DNA from: Vicugna vicugna
Lineage: Eukaryota
NCBI GenBank assembly: GCA_013265495.1
Contig: MU058213.1
Coordinates: 7,518,066 to 7,574,398, forward strand
Direction of reading: 5' to 3'
DNA length: 56,333 nucleotides
Below are positions 23,611 to 36,935 of this stretch, one piece after another (within the stretch, counting starts at the first letter, position 1; each line of letters opens with the position of its first letter). The notes beneath the pieces were generated by a model, which saw only the letters and a list, made by a program, of their open reading frames with translations, made no database searches and was not told the DNA's origin. The position numbers were made by a program, and so were the translations under genes.

Positions 23611-24499
23611 TTCCATAGCGCTGAAGTGAGCAAGTCCATGCATCAGGACTGTAAAATGTAGTTTAGAACGTTCCATTGCTTTAGCTCCAATGGTGATTAT
23701 GATCACCTATAGTCAAGGGGGATTATAAATGTTTTTGAGTTTCCACCAATGAGAGCAGTGTGACTATAAAGTTACATATGTATGAGATTAATCGACTGAT
23801 TGCAAGAGTCACACACCCGGGGTTTATGTATTTGAATTGTAAATTCAGAGATCCTGGCTCAGTTTATTCCTCTTCATAAGCTGTGATCACCACTTTTGCA
23901 TTAAAATAGTCTCTCCCTTTCAACAGAAGAAACCTAAAATCCAATGTATTAATTGTTCTTTTTTAGTGGCCTCTTCATATGTGTAGTTTTAAAAATGATT
24001 TCCTCATCGCCCGAGTAATTAATTCAAGGGAGAAAGGACTTCCCAGCCCGTCTTTAAATGCATCAGTTTTGTTCAGGGCGTGAAAACTGTGAGAATCGCA
24101 CAGATCCAGTCCGGAGCACATCCAGGGCGATGAATCACTGCTTCCACCGGTCACTTCCCCAGTATGCAGCCCGAGTCGTCCCAGGCTCCTCTCTGTCCAC
24201 CCCCGCTCCAAGTGCGCTGTCCCTCTCACCATGACGCCACCCTCCTCTGCCGGGCAAGGGAACACCTGCCAGAGGGTGACTTCACCACACCAGTCACTCT
24301 GACAACAGCCCAAACAAAACCGTGTCATTTAAACCACAAACAACAATGCAGCAGGGCTAGAGAACGCAGCCCAGCCGGAGTCACAGAAAAGGAGGGAGAG
24401 AAAGAGATGGGGGGGGGTTGCTGTGAGAGAGGGCCATGGCCACAGACAAATAAAACACAGTCATCCGAGCTGTGACTTGGGAAACACACGGAGACAGCG

Positions 24500-24690
24500 C
24501 GGCAAGAGGGAAGAGTAGGGACTCAAAGAACCGGGTTTGAGCCCAGCACTACTGCTAACTGGGGACTCCACACTGGGAAAGTCACCCTGTCGCATCCTGT
24601 TTCCTTCTTTGAAGGATAGAATAACGACAGGACCCTACTCGTGGGGTTGTTGTAAGACACTGAGTATTGATGTAAAACACAAAGCTCGCA
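24500..24690 (+). mobile_element. MIR
   Basis: gggtttgagcccagcactactgctaactgg...ctactcgtggggttgttgtaag. Confidence 0.7.
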
Positions 24691-26259
24691 GCACTCAACT
24701 CCAGTTAGCTGATTCACACTGCATTATGAAATTAAGCTTTTACGGTAGGTTCGCCTTCCCTGGACATTAGTGAACATTCTAGAGCCCAACATGTCCCTGT
24801 CACCGGCAAAAACAGCTGGCAACATCCTTTAAGAAGGATGTGAAAGAGGCCTGGATTCCAGTCCTGGTTTTGCCTCTGGCCAGATGGAGGACGCGACGCA
24901 GTCACAGTGTTTGGTGTCAGTTTCCAATAGTGCCAAATGAGACTGTGATTGTCTGACGTGGTATCGATTCCTCACTCATTGTTCAATACCAGATTGTCAG
25001 CACGAGTGGCAAAGGTGTACGTTTTAGGTGTCCGGGAACCCTTTCCTTTGGAGCACGGAGTCGCCTCCCTCCACGCCTGCCCCTCCCCCAGGAATGTCAG
25101 GGCAGACTGGGCAGGGATCGGTGCCTGGGAATTGTCTACAAGGCCTCCCACTGGAGCGCTCCAGCCAAGCCACAGCATTTCTAATGAGCATTTTAGGCAG
25201 TGACGTGCAGTTTGAAATTTTCCCTTGCAGTAGCAAAGTCAGAACTGTCAGAGGAGTTTAACTCTTCTGCTTTCGATTTCTTGATAGGAACCAGAGAGGG
25301 GGGAAAAAATGGAAGGGGTTTAAAAAACAAAAACAAAACCTTCAGGGGCAGAGGAAAATCCATATGCCAGTGGGTGGCGGGACCAAAAAGCATTCAACGC
25401 CACGCACGCTCTGACTATGAGCTTAACTCTCTGTGACGGTGTATCCACCCACTATGCACAGCGGCAGCACCGCATTAATTCTGGGTTGGATCGGAAGGGA
25501 ATGGCTCAGACTTCTCTTCCATGCCCTTTGGAATGCCATTCTTTTAGTTCTACACAAGAACTCTCATCAGTATTACCAAGGGGGACTTCTAGATTGCCTC
25601 TGCTGCCGGCTCTCGCAGGGAGACGCAGTGGGAATGGGAGTAACAGCACCTTCTGGTACCTGGAAAGGCTTTACAGTTTCAGCAAGTGTTTCCACCTCAA
25701 TATTCTCCTCTAATTCCCGTAATAATGCTACCCCATGGGCAGTGCAGTACCCCCATTTCACGTACGAAAAAAACTGCCATGTTGAGTGAGGTTAAAAATG
25801 AGCAGGTGAGGAGCGGAGCTGGGACGGCAGTCAGGGCTGATTTCCTCCACTGTCATCGTGGCTCCCTCCCACCAAGCAAGCACGAGCTCACACGTGGAAA
25901 GGAGACAAATGGGGTCTTGAGGGTGTCAAGGAGAGAAGACAGCGCCACGTGTGAGGGGCTCTGGTTTTCAGTTTTGATTCTGCTCTGAGCTGGGGGACCC
26001 TGGGCAAGTTACTTGCCTTCTTTCTAGAAAGGTTCGTGGCTGGAAAACAATGTCCTTCAGCTCTCAACTCTGTAACTAAGCCCATGCCTCCTTGGAATGA
26101 CCAAGCTGACATCAAGTCTGGATTGATAAACTGTATATTAACAGCAGCCTCAAGGTCAACCATCGATGGAAATGTGCGCAGTGAACGCCATAAAAAATTC
26201 ATGTTTAACAGTCATACCTGCACACTATTAGAGACATTCTAGAACGCTTTATAGAAAAA

Positions 26260-28398
26260 GCAACATTTCTCATGCCCCAAGGGCAACCGCTTTCAACTCC
26301 TTTAGCTGACCCTTTTGACATTCACCTCTGTATCTCTAAATAACATGTTTACGTAACTTCTTCTTGACTTTTCAGTTTTAGGCTTTATCTATTGAGCTTC
26401 CACTACGGAAGATGAGGTTTTTGCTTTCTTTCAAGAACTCCCACCCTTACCACACACACGCAAACTTCCTGTCCCCCTCCTGCCAACACAGTTCTACCAT
26501 AGTTTGGTTGGATTAATATTCTAAGCTTTGGGTTTGATGACAATGAAAATGCTATTCACTGCTAGGTCCTGTTGTATCTCATGAGTGATCTTCCTTTTCT
26601 GTACAATATTATGTTTCTCCGGAGTTAATCATGAACGGGTCTGCTTAATTTTCTATTAACCGATGACTTACTCAACCCCAAACTCTCCCCCAGTTGCCTA
26701 AGTCTTAATATATTCAAGCACATCAGGTATTCTACTGATTTCATTGCCTCAAAGAGATTTTCCCAGAAGCCTCTGACCAACTCTAATCTGAGCTGGTTCT
26801 CCTCTGGGCTGTTGCACAGCTGTCATCTTGTGATTTCTCTTTCCCCCGATCCTGGGGACCCCCCCTTTACTCTCTGTTTTGTTGGCTTCCTTGCTTCTTA
26901 GACTGCATCTCTCTTGGTTTATGTCCTCATTTTTACGAAGCTTCTTTCAGTAGTCTCCGGAGAGAGGATGTATGTGAGGTAAAATTTTGGAGAACTCACA
27001 TATCTGAAAATGTTTTAATCTAACCTCACATGTAATTGATAGTTTGGTTAGATATAGAATTTTACACTGGAAATTATTTTCCCTTAGAATTTTAAAAACT
27101 TTGCTCCATCATCCTTGAGTTTCCAAGGTTGTTGTTCAAAAACCTGATCCCAGTCTAATTCTTGATCCTTTACATTGAAACCAGTCATTCCTCTCTGGAA
27201 ACCAAGGTTTTTTTCCTTGTCTTTGGTATTCTAAAACTTCAGTAATGAACCTGCCTTAATATGGATCAAATTTCATCCATTATCATAGGATAGGTATTTG
27301 ATAGATGCAACAGAAAACTTGTCGCATTCAAAATGTCCTGAACCTTTTCTTGAATTATTTTTTCCTTTCCATTTCGCCATTCCATTTTTCTGTCTTATTT
27401 TTCACTTCTACTCTTAGATTTTTAATTTGTTACAGCTCCTTATTTCCAAGTGTTCCTTTTTTTTTTTTAAAGAACATTCTATTCTTCTTTCATGGATGTC
27501 CTATCTCCATTTATCTTTCTATGTTTGTTAAAGATCGGAGTATTTTTCTCTCTACTAGTTTTTTCTTCCCTTCATAGTTTCTGTTTCCTCTAATTTTCTA
27601 CTTAAGGAAAAACAAATCTGTTGTTCATATTAGATGCTTTCCCCAGATGCCCGGTAACTCTTGGATATCGCCTGTATTTAAGAGTGGGGCATTAAAAAGC
27701 TAAGTATGATTTGGGGTGCAAGAGAGGGATTCATTTACTGTTAGAATAACTGATTGGGCCATTTCCTTGGGAAACTCCAAAGCTATTTTTTTTTTTAAGT
27801 GACGTATTCCTCTTAGACTGGTCAGATACCACTGCAAAGATTCCACCTTCTGCTAAGAGGTATACGTTTGGCTGCCCTTGTGTGGGAGCCAAGTTGGAGG
27901 ACGAAAGCGGGGCATCTTCAGTTAAATATATGAACGTAGCCTTCCCTCCACTGTTTGCACATGGTGTCCCAAGTTGAGGGACCATTAGTTTACAACATTC
28001 AAAGAATAATTCTGCTCAGAGAAGAGGTGGGGTAGTTTCCCAGAGGGAATCTGGGATCAAACTGCTACTTAAACAGATTTTTAATGACTATTCTCTTGTT
28101 AGCTGACATTCCACTCTACTTTCAGAGGTAACTGGTGCCACCAAGTCTCAAATCTTTGTGGCAGTGAGTTTTGTGATATTCTAGATTTCCTTCCTTCCTG
28201 GATTGGGATTCAGCTTTCTTATCTGGTAAGTCAGTGACCTGTTTCCACGGGCTTTCCAGCTTCCAAAGTATTGTCACTGATGCATTTTCATGTGTGGCCT
28301 GATGGGTTATCCTTTAAAAGACTCCTTCCAAATCTTTCTAGCGGATTTTGCGGCGAGAACAGAATTAAGTATGTGTGCTTAATCTGCTATCTCTCACC
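26260..28398 (-). mobile_element. HAL1 (half-L1, ORF1-only LINE) or related old L1 5' segment, long degenerate copy
   Basis: T-rich. ctctaatctgagctggttctcctctgggctgttgcacagctgtcatc; tctgaaaatgttttaatctaacctcacatgtaattgatagtttgg (antisense ORF1 C-terminus); 5' terminus-like gtgtgcttaatctgctatct at ~28372-28392. Confidence 0.7.
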
Positions 28399-28864
28399 AT
28401 TTTGTCTGAGCTCCTTCATTCTGTCTCTAACATAGTAAAATAGTCAAATATACTTTGGACCAACAATATAATCACACTGAAAAGAAATCTTAATCCACCA
28501 GAAAAGTGGCAGTTTCTTTATGTCACTTATTACTGCCCGTATCTCAGTTCTCATTTCTGCCTAGTGCATTATCTATAGGCCTGGTCCTGCCCAGTGGATT
28601 TGTAATTGGAGCCTTTTAAGTATCTATTTGACCATTAACCCACGGTGAGCAATGCGCAAAGCCAGCCAAGACCAAACGATGTCAATTTCATTTACTGTCT
28701 CTTGGGCAGCTAACAATTTTCCATCTCAGGTTATTTATGAAAGTTGAATCATTCGCATGTTCATTATTTTAATTGTGAAATGGCTATTCCCTATCTGCTT
28801 AAAAACTCCCAAACCCCAAAGTTGAACCAAGTGGTAGCATTCTTTAATTTGGAAGAAGTGTGCA

Positions 28865-29130
28865 AATTGTGGGGACTCATAGCGTGTTTACAAGCACGGC
28901 CTCTGGCATCATACTGCCTACATTTGAATCTCTGCTTCCTTCTACATGACCTTGAAAAAACTGATTCACTGCTCTGTGCCTTGGTTTCCCCATCTGTAAG
29001 ACAAAAGGAGCAATAGTAACTACCCTTTAAGTTTATCGGGAAAATTAAATAGAATAGTACATAGACAAAGCACTTTTCCTAGTGACTGACACAGAGGAAA
29101 AACTCCATAGATATTAGCTACTTCTATTCA
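28865..29130 (+). mobile_element. MIR, near full length
   Basis: catgaccttg...ctctgtgccttggtttccccatctgtaa...aaagcacttt...atattagctac. Confidence 0.85.
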
Positions 29131-29484
29131 TTATCATCCCATATTTTTAAGGACATAGGAATAAAATTAATAGATACTCATTAAGTGTAACTGTGGCTTG
29201 ACAATGAGACACTCCTTCACCCTTCAGTGACATAAGGGAAATAACAGTGTCATCTGGCGTTTAAATTGTAGATTCAGCACCTGGTGGGTTTGAGTAGAAA
29301 TGCACAGTCAGGCAGAGGGAGGGCTGATGTCGGAGAGCCCTAGCCGGATGTGATTGATGGAAGGTGCACATCGGATGGATGAATATCATCCAAAGGCACG
29401 TCCTGTGATTGTATTTTAAAAGGATGCTGCCAGGGTCTGAACTATGGTGACAATACCAAGGCCATTCCGTTGTACCGACCAGAA

Positions 29485-29840
29485 AAGGCTGGGCTCTGTG
29501 GTAACAAAGAAACCCTTCTATCTCAGTAGCTTAACAGAAAAAGCTTTATTTCCTGATTTCACTAAGTCTGATGTGGATCAGCAGTCCTTCCTCATCTTGT
29601 TCCTCCACCATCTGGACCACACTGTCTCCAAGGTCCCCAGCGGAGGGAAGGGGGATAGAAAAGGCACACCCGTTCTCCAAGGCCTTGCCCTAGGACTTGT
29701 ACCACGTCCACTTACATTCTATCTGCTAGAACTCAGTCTCCTGGCCCCAGCCGAACTGTGAAGAGCCTGGATATTATCATATCCGGAGCAGTGAGGAAGA
29801 AGAGACAGGGTGGTGGGTACAGAGCCTCATGCGGGCCACT
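29485..29840 (-). mobile_element. MaLR LTR (MLT1J/K/L-like)
   Basis: aggctgggctctgtggtaacaaa...atctcagtagcttaacag...tttatttc; cacttacattctatctgctagaactcagtc. Confidence 0.75.
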
Positions 29841-30289
29841 CCCTTTGCAGAGACCTGTCTGGACTGCTGGCTGCTTTCTCCAGGGAACACTTTTCTGTCT
29901 CTTCACTGAGCCCACGTGTGCATGACAGGCTGGCAGTGTCTTTGCTCAAGTCTCGCGGACCCTGCAGGTGGCCAAGACTCGAAACCAGTGTGCCTAACCC
30001 TCCCAGCTTTCAAGGCAGTGAGAATCCAGGAAGACAAGGTGGTAGGAACTCTACCTCTAGTCGTGAGTGGGGTCTGGAATCTGTTGACTAAAACCTGGTC
30101 TTCAAAATGAGCCCCACTCAACTGTATCCTCTGGCCACCTTCCCATCAGTTCTGCCTCGTGGCTGAACTTAGAGTTCCTACTTGGTGACAGGTGGGGAAA
30201 TAGAAATAAAAGAAATTACTCTAGAATATTACATCTTTCTTACACTTACTCATTAGGTCAGGCCTAACAATAACAACGTTTTGTATAAT

Positions 30290-30485
30290 ATATTATCATT
30301 TATGCAAAGTAGTTATACTTTGATGATAAAATAAGACAACAAAGATAATGTAGGACATTAAGTAGCAGAATTATCATAATTTTACATATGAGAAGATGAG
30401 GGCTCGGAGAATGGAAGCATCACATTCCAGATTACTCAGTGAGCTGTGGCCGGAAGTGACCTCGGAGCCTGGGACTTCTCATTTG
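30290..30485 (-). mobile_element. MIR remnant
   Basis: attttacatatgagaagatgagggctcggaga. Confidence 0.65.
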
Positions 30486-32254
30486 TACCTAACGTGGACT
30501 TCTTTGTGTCTTAGGTCGCTGTTAGACCCACAGTACTGTTCAGTTTTGTGCTATGGGGCCAAGCAAGGTCTTTGAAATTAAGTAATTTATAATCCATCTG
30601 GATAAAGAGGCCTACCACATTTTATAAAACAATCCATGAAATTTAGAGGAAAATATATAATTAGGGACTAACTTAGCTCTTCCAGTCCAAAGGGACAAAT
30701 TCACACAACGAAAACAAAAGTTTTTAAACGGACCCCAAATCTCGTTCAGCCTCCTGTCTCCTCCGTGCCCTTGGCCAGGCTGTTCCTTCTGCACAAAAGA
30801 CTCTCTTACCTCCCATCCCAATAATCTCCTCTCTCTAATGCTGGTTCAAATGAAACTCCCTTCTCCCACACCCTTCTCCAAGCTCCCCAGGTAGAATTAG
30901 GCAGTCTGCCTTCTCCAAGGTGCGCTGCCTGTTTCTCTTCTGTCCTGAGCACAAATCTTCTATGTGTTCAGGTTGTTGACTCGGGGTGGAGGTGGGCCGG
31001 GTGGAGTGGGTATATGGTATCTTTTTTCTCCTTCAGGGAAGTCTTTGATTTCCTGAAGGTAGGGATCAAGACTTTTTCTGCTTGACATCTCCAGGGGCCA
31101 GTGTGGTTCTTGATATGAGTTAAAGGTTCATGGAGTGAAAAAAATCAATGATCTGGAAGAGAGGACACAGCCTCCTAGGATGCCCAATGCAGTCCCATAA
31201 GCGTCTTTCCTAAGCGCAAATCCTGGAACTTTGGAGGCAGGAGATCAGAGTGGAAGAAAATGAGTGCAAAGGAAGAAAGGGGCCACACCAGCAGATGGTG
31301 GCGAATTTCTGGGGTCCATACTGTACTCCTGCCACCCGAACGCGAAGCCCCAGACAACAGCGACCTCTCTGTTCTTCCACCCCCTCCCCACGCTGTCGGG
31401 CTTCGTTCACCATTTCTGACCTGACAGGTGCACGGATCCTCCTCCAAAGGGCTGCCTTTGGTGAGATGAATGATGAATCAGCTTCTCTGTCCAGGGGGCC
31501 AACGACAGTGTGGAGGAGAAGGGGGTGCGTGAGGAGGATGGGACCTGGGCGCCTCTCCTCAAAGGTCTCTCCCAACCCTTAAGGGGTATTCTTCGCTTAG
31601 GCACTGGGAAAATCTGAATCTGTCTTCACAAGCAGGACGCGTGAGGCCAAAGGGGTTGATAACACGTAAAAATCCCCAGTTTCCCTTCCCATGGTTTGAC
31701 CTCAAGGAAGTCAACTCGCCCAACAGTGTTTCGGTTTACTCCTCCGTAAAGGAGTCTAAGGATGCTACGCCCAGCTCCTGGAGGAGCGGCGAGGCTTAAT
31801 TAACCAATGCTCATTTCGTTCAGCACTTTGGATGCCCTCCATGGGCACAGAATTATGTTATTACTTGAAATAATAATAATGGCCCCCCTAATAATTCTGT
31901 GTTATTATTGCATTTAAGGAACTGTATTAGAGGCCTTCTGGATCTAGTTTAATACCTATAAATGTCTCTCCCTGGCAAAACAAGGGAGCAGTGCCCGGTG
32001 ATTATGGTTTGTCTTACATTTCAAAACTAGTCGGTTTAAACCCTCAGCAGAGTCCTTATAACAGCGCCTGGCCAAGGGAGACCTCTTGCGATCTCAGTTC
32101 GTTGGACCACTGAAAGCACTTAACGTGCACAAGGCGGCTGGCTTTCAAAGCGAGGACTTGGCAGCTCTGAGGGCCCAACCTAGCAGTGAACAGATAGGCG
32201 AGGAACCAAGAGAAGCAAGCCCAGCCTCCCCCACTGCAGCCAGAGCAAGGAGCC

Positions 32255-32740
32255 TGTATCGCAAATCTGATCGCTGTTGTCCCCCCGTTTATTTCTGTGG
32301 TTTCCTCCGGCTCTCAGTCAAGTCTAAACTCCTCCCCCAGGGCGTGCGAACGCTTCGTGTTGCACCCGACGGCCTCTCCACTTCACCTCTAGACACTCTC
32401 TCTTGCAGGCTCTGTCTCCATCCTGATCTTTTATTTCTCCAAACACACCAGCTTCTCTCTCTCCTTGGTCCTTTAATAAGCTATTCTGTAGCCTCTGCAA
32501 ACCTTCCCTGTCCTACCTCCAGATCTCAGGGAGATGGGACCTCCTTTCTAAGCCCTCCTGGGTGTCCCACCGCATCCTTTGTTTCCTGGGCCAAAGGACT
32601 TGGCAGGGAGAACCGTACTTACCTGGTGAATTCTAGGTGTGTCCAGGAAACTGTCTGGGAGCACAAACTGTGCCCATCCTGTGCCCTGAGCCTGCACACA
32701 GTAGGCACTTTATCAGGATTGGTGGAATGCATCAAAAAAT
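32255..32740 (+). mobile_element. L2 3' remnant
   Basis: aaatctgatc...aagtctaaactcctc...tttctccaaacacaccagc; tail gcctgcacacagtaggcactt. Confidence 0.7.
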
Positions 32741-33119
32741 AGTTTCTCTTTTTTTTTTCCTCTTCTATTCCATTCGCTTATATGGGATGCCCTGACCCTC
32801 ACCCTAATCCTGACCTAGCCCTCCCCTATACCAACCACGGGCAAGGAAAATGGATTAAAAAAAATGGGAGAAATGGAAAGGAGTCAAATCCTGAAAGGAG
32901 AGAAATACTGCAGGCAGGAGGGATGAGGAACAAGGCAAAGTGAGAAAGGAAGAGGAGCACTCGGGAGAGGAAGACCTGAAGTGAAAGCAAGGGACAGGGC
33001 CAGGGATTCTAACATGCTAAAATTAGATTAAAACTATCCTTAAATTTTCTTTTTCAGGAATTCTCCACATAAGAAAATGAGCAGGGTAGGGGGAAACTGT
33101 TAGGATTCTTTATATATAT

Positions 33120-33310
33120 TATCTCCTTTATTATTCCACTCACCCTATTAGACAGTAATCAGAGACACAGGTAATAGAGGAAGGCAGGAAAGCTCAGAGA
33201 GGTAGAGTCCCTTGCTTGAAGTCACACAGCTTAATAAGTGGCAGAGCCCAACATGATACCCAAACCTGTCCGAATCCCACCCATCCATTTAGAAGAGCAG
33301 ATGCCCGTTC
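33120..33310 (-). mobile_element. MIR
   Basis: gctcagagaggtagagtcccttgcttgaagtcacacagcttaataagtggcagagcc. Confidence 0.75.
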
Positions 33311-36099
33311 CACTGACAGAGCATCCTTCCCTGGGGCTCTCAAATGTCCCTTCTCTTTGAGATGCAGAGGACAAAGGGGTAACATAACTAAAAAGAAGAA
33401 AAACTCAGCATCCAGTTATGTGTTCCATGGTGCACTTGGAAGAGTGGTTTCTTACCTTTGCATAAAAAAAAAAAGATTCCCATTTTCTTTCATCAGAAGA
33501 AAAATAAACTGAACTGATTTTCTCTGGCTCTTGGTTTGTCTTTCCTATTATTAGGTATGTGTCTTGGAGTCCTTCTGCGTAAATAGTCCCGTGGTTCATT
33601 CCTGGCCAGAGCAATATTTTCTGCCACAGTTTGGGCCTGGCGGACAGAACTGTGCTTATGGACTTTTGCAAAACCATCACAATGAAGCCCAACAGAATAT
33701 GCATGCTCCCCCTCCTCACTGTTTGCCTTCCGAAATTAATAGATGCCAGTAGTCCAGATGCTTACTGACATCTGAATAACTCAGTCGCACTCGCTGGTTT
33801 TCTAGATCTAAATTCCCCCTCCCATTGGGGAACGAGATTAAAAACAAAAGTCCTGCACAGAGCAAGCAACTGTCTTGTCTTTGATTTATGTTATTACTGA
33901 AACTGCGGTCCTTGAGAGAAATTCCATCACTACCCTAATGAGGATGGAGATACAGTTAACTAATAAATCCTTCAGGAGTGCGCTCCGGTGCTGTTGAACT
34001 TTTCATGAAACAGTGATGTACAAGAAGGGAAGAGAGATTTTTAAATAGCATGATACAGACACACACCCACTGTGACATTAGTCAAAGCCTGGGAACGTCA
34101 CATGTGAGAGAAGCAAGTTTACCATCAATAATCACACATTTCTCCTAAATACCAGGCAACTTGGCCTTTCTTCATTCCTGGGCCTGTCTTTGTAAAGGGA
34201 AGAGAGAGAACCAAAACCTGTGATTCAATCAGAAAATGCAAATGAGGTCAAGTTTCTTACAGGCTTGTGAGATTTCCCTAGAGAAATTTCCACAGCGTCT
34301 AGGCCGCTGCCGAGACGGAGGCTGGGGCCTGTCTGTGGAGGGAGAAGCAGGCAGTGCGAACCCCCACCTTCTTCCCTGGGACCTCTGGCTGGCTGGGCAC
34401 TTGGATTCCAGCAGGGGACTTCTGAGAGCTTTGGGAGTACGAGCATCTCGGGACTGGGGTCAAACCAAGATGCATAAAGCAAAGGATCTCCTTTTTGTGG
34501 GTGGAGCTCTGAGCCTGGCTCAGAGTGAGGGCCCCCGGTACCCCAAATGAGGCAGGAGGGGAAGCTCCTCAGGGAGCAGGGATGCTCGAGGGGTCTGGGA
34601 CGGTGACTCCACCCCCTGTGAAGGCCCCAGGGCAACCTAGAAGGAAATGTCTCTCACACACCCCCTTCCCTCCCTGACAACCTTAAAGCGCGTGCATTTC
34701 GCACAGCCCGGTCCTGCCCGGCGCCGCAGAAGTCTGAAGCCATCCTGCCGTGCTGTGACTGGGACACGCTGACATGCTAAGTAGTTTGGGACAAGCTAAC
34801 AAGGGATGCTGCAAGTAAGGCCACTGCCCTCTGCCTTCCAGCAACCCGAGGGTGGCCTGGAGGATTTACAGGGTTTCTCTTTGCTCGTACAGGTTGCAGC
34901 ATGTGTTTTGAAAGTAAACTGTTTTTCCCTTCCCAGAGATAGGTAAACGTCACCTATCTAAGCTGCATGCTGGTTCCTTTAAGTTATAAAAGATTAGACA
35001 GTATTGGAAGCTGGCCTTCAAGGGGTGGAGAGAAGCGGGGAAGAGATAGCACCCCCCCAGCTCTGAGAACAAAGCCTGTGTTGCCTTAAGGGGGTTGAAG
35101 ATCTGAGGCCAAAAAGGTGCATTTTCTTCCCTGCAAAATTTGTAAAAATGATGTTTAAGCTAAATGTGATCCTTCTGGCCTGTAGCTCTCACACTGAGAA
35201 AGAGCACGGGGAGTGGGCTGGCGGGGGCAGGTGTATAGGTCTTACAGGAAACGTGCAGGAAAACAACACAGGTTTCCCCTAAGCTGTGAAAACGGCACAT
35301 CTGGAGGTCCCAGCCGAGGTATCCGCCGGCCCAGTCTCGGATTTTCATTACTGAGCTTCCCTCGACCACGCGTCTCTCAAAGCCCAGCTGGGGTTTACAG
35401 AACGGAGAACCACGAGGGAAGTGTGGAAATTGCACATTCCCAGGTCTTGCCCCGAAGGATGCTGGGTGCGGTCGGGTGATCTGTAAAGGGGACGGCTGAT
35501 CTCTAATTGCCACCCCAGCTCTGCTACCCTGAGAGTCTAGACTTTCTGGAAAGGAGCACCACCAGAATGGTAGGGACCCCTCAGCCAGAGTACATCTCAC
35601 CTCAGCCAGGTGTCACCTACTACCAAGTTCCCCCTGCAGGCTCAGGGCCTTGGCCAAGATCGGCTCCTCCCACCAGCCCTAAAGAAGAGCCCAGAAACAG
35701 GACCAGTTGGCTGAATAAGGGATCCATCCTCCACCAGAGACGCCTTCAGTGCCTTTCCCATCACTGGCGGTCGTGTGGGCGCCACTTCAGCCAACTCCTT
35801 ACCCCGCTGCAGCACCCTTCTGCCTCCCTGCTCCCCGCGGTCTGCCCCTTTCCCTCAGCCTGACTCCCGACTTGCTCCTCTGAACAACACAGTGCTCTCT
35901 GCCTCCTTGGCAGTTTGGATCAGCGGCTCGTAGCCTCTGTACTTCATTCCTTGTACTGCCCAGATCCTCGTGCCGGGGGTCCCCAAAGCCTTGGTCCCTC
36001 CAGAAGGTGGAGCTCACGTGAAAAGGATAGCCTTCCAGTCTTTCTCCCACCACCAAAGCATCCCCACGTGACTGGTAACGCACCACGTTTAACCCCCGT

Positions 36100-36330
36100 C
36101 CTTGAAATAATCACCCCCTCCACTGGATTCCCCAAAGGCTTGGGACATACTTCTATGAGTTCATATTGTATTCCAATGACTTGTATCTGTCCTTCCTCCC
36201 TACCATAGGCTGTGAGCTGTGCGATGCCCAGGACAGTGTCTTACCCATCTCTGCAGCCCTAGCAACCAGCGTGGGGCCTCCAGACAATGACAGAAACATC
36301 ACTGGAGTGCTTACTACCTGGCAGGCCCTG
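36100..36330 (+). mobile_element. L2 3' remnant
   Basis: taggctgtgagctgtgcgatgcccaggacagtgtcttacccatctctgcagccctagca. Confidence 0.65.
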
Positions 36331-36691
36331 GCCTCCGTGCAGCGTGCCGCTTCATCCCCACCGCACCTCACCGAGATTGACACTTTCGTGAATCCCACAT
36401 GAACAAATGAGGCCAGCGAGGCCAAAGAGTTCAGATGACCTAAGGCACACAGCTGGTGAGTGGTCAGGTCAGGCCTGGAATCCCCGCAGTCTGACCCCTG
36501 AGTTCCGCAGTGAGAGCTCACTGGAAGTCTGCTGGATCAATGACGGGAATATGAACACAAGAGCAAGAGGAAGTGGCCACCGAAGCACCGCATTTCGGAC
36601 CTAAAAGGAATTTCGAGACCACTGAGGCCAAACCCCAATTTTATTGCTGGAGAAACTGAGGGCAGAGCAGTGAAACCAGATGTCCGAAGTA

Positions 36692-36935
36692 ACAGCGTGG
36701 TGATTAAAGGCCCTCGGCTGTGGACGAGATGGCCTGGGTCGGAACACCCCTGGGGGAGCCTGGGCAAGTTACTGAGCCTTCTTACTGATCAGTTTCTTCC
36801 TCTATTAAGCAGGGATGATAATACCAGAATTTATCTCATTGTTTTGTCGTGAGGATTAAATGAGATAATGGCAATTTATTACAACAGGGCCGGGTAGAGA
36901 GACAGGTCCTGAAATGTTAGCTATTGTCATTGTTA
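36692..36935 (+). mobile_element. MIR, near full length
   Basis: agcgtggtgattaaagg...cctgggcaagttactgagcct...gtcgtgaggattaaatgagataatg...aaatgttagctatt. Confidence 0.9.

Noticed and set aside
32086..32742. Longest ORF (218 aa)
   Set aside because: TTG start, mostly inside a degenerate L2, no recognisable domain
33450..33458. Strong minus donor AAG|GTAAGA
   Set aside because: No plausible acceptor or promoter context upstream
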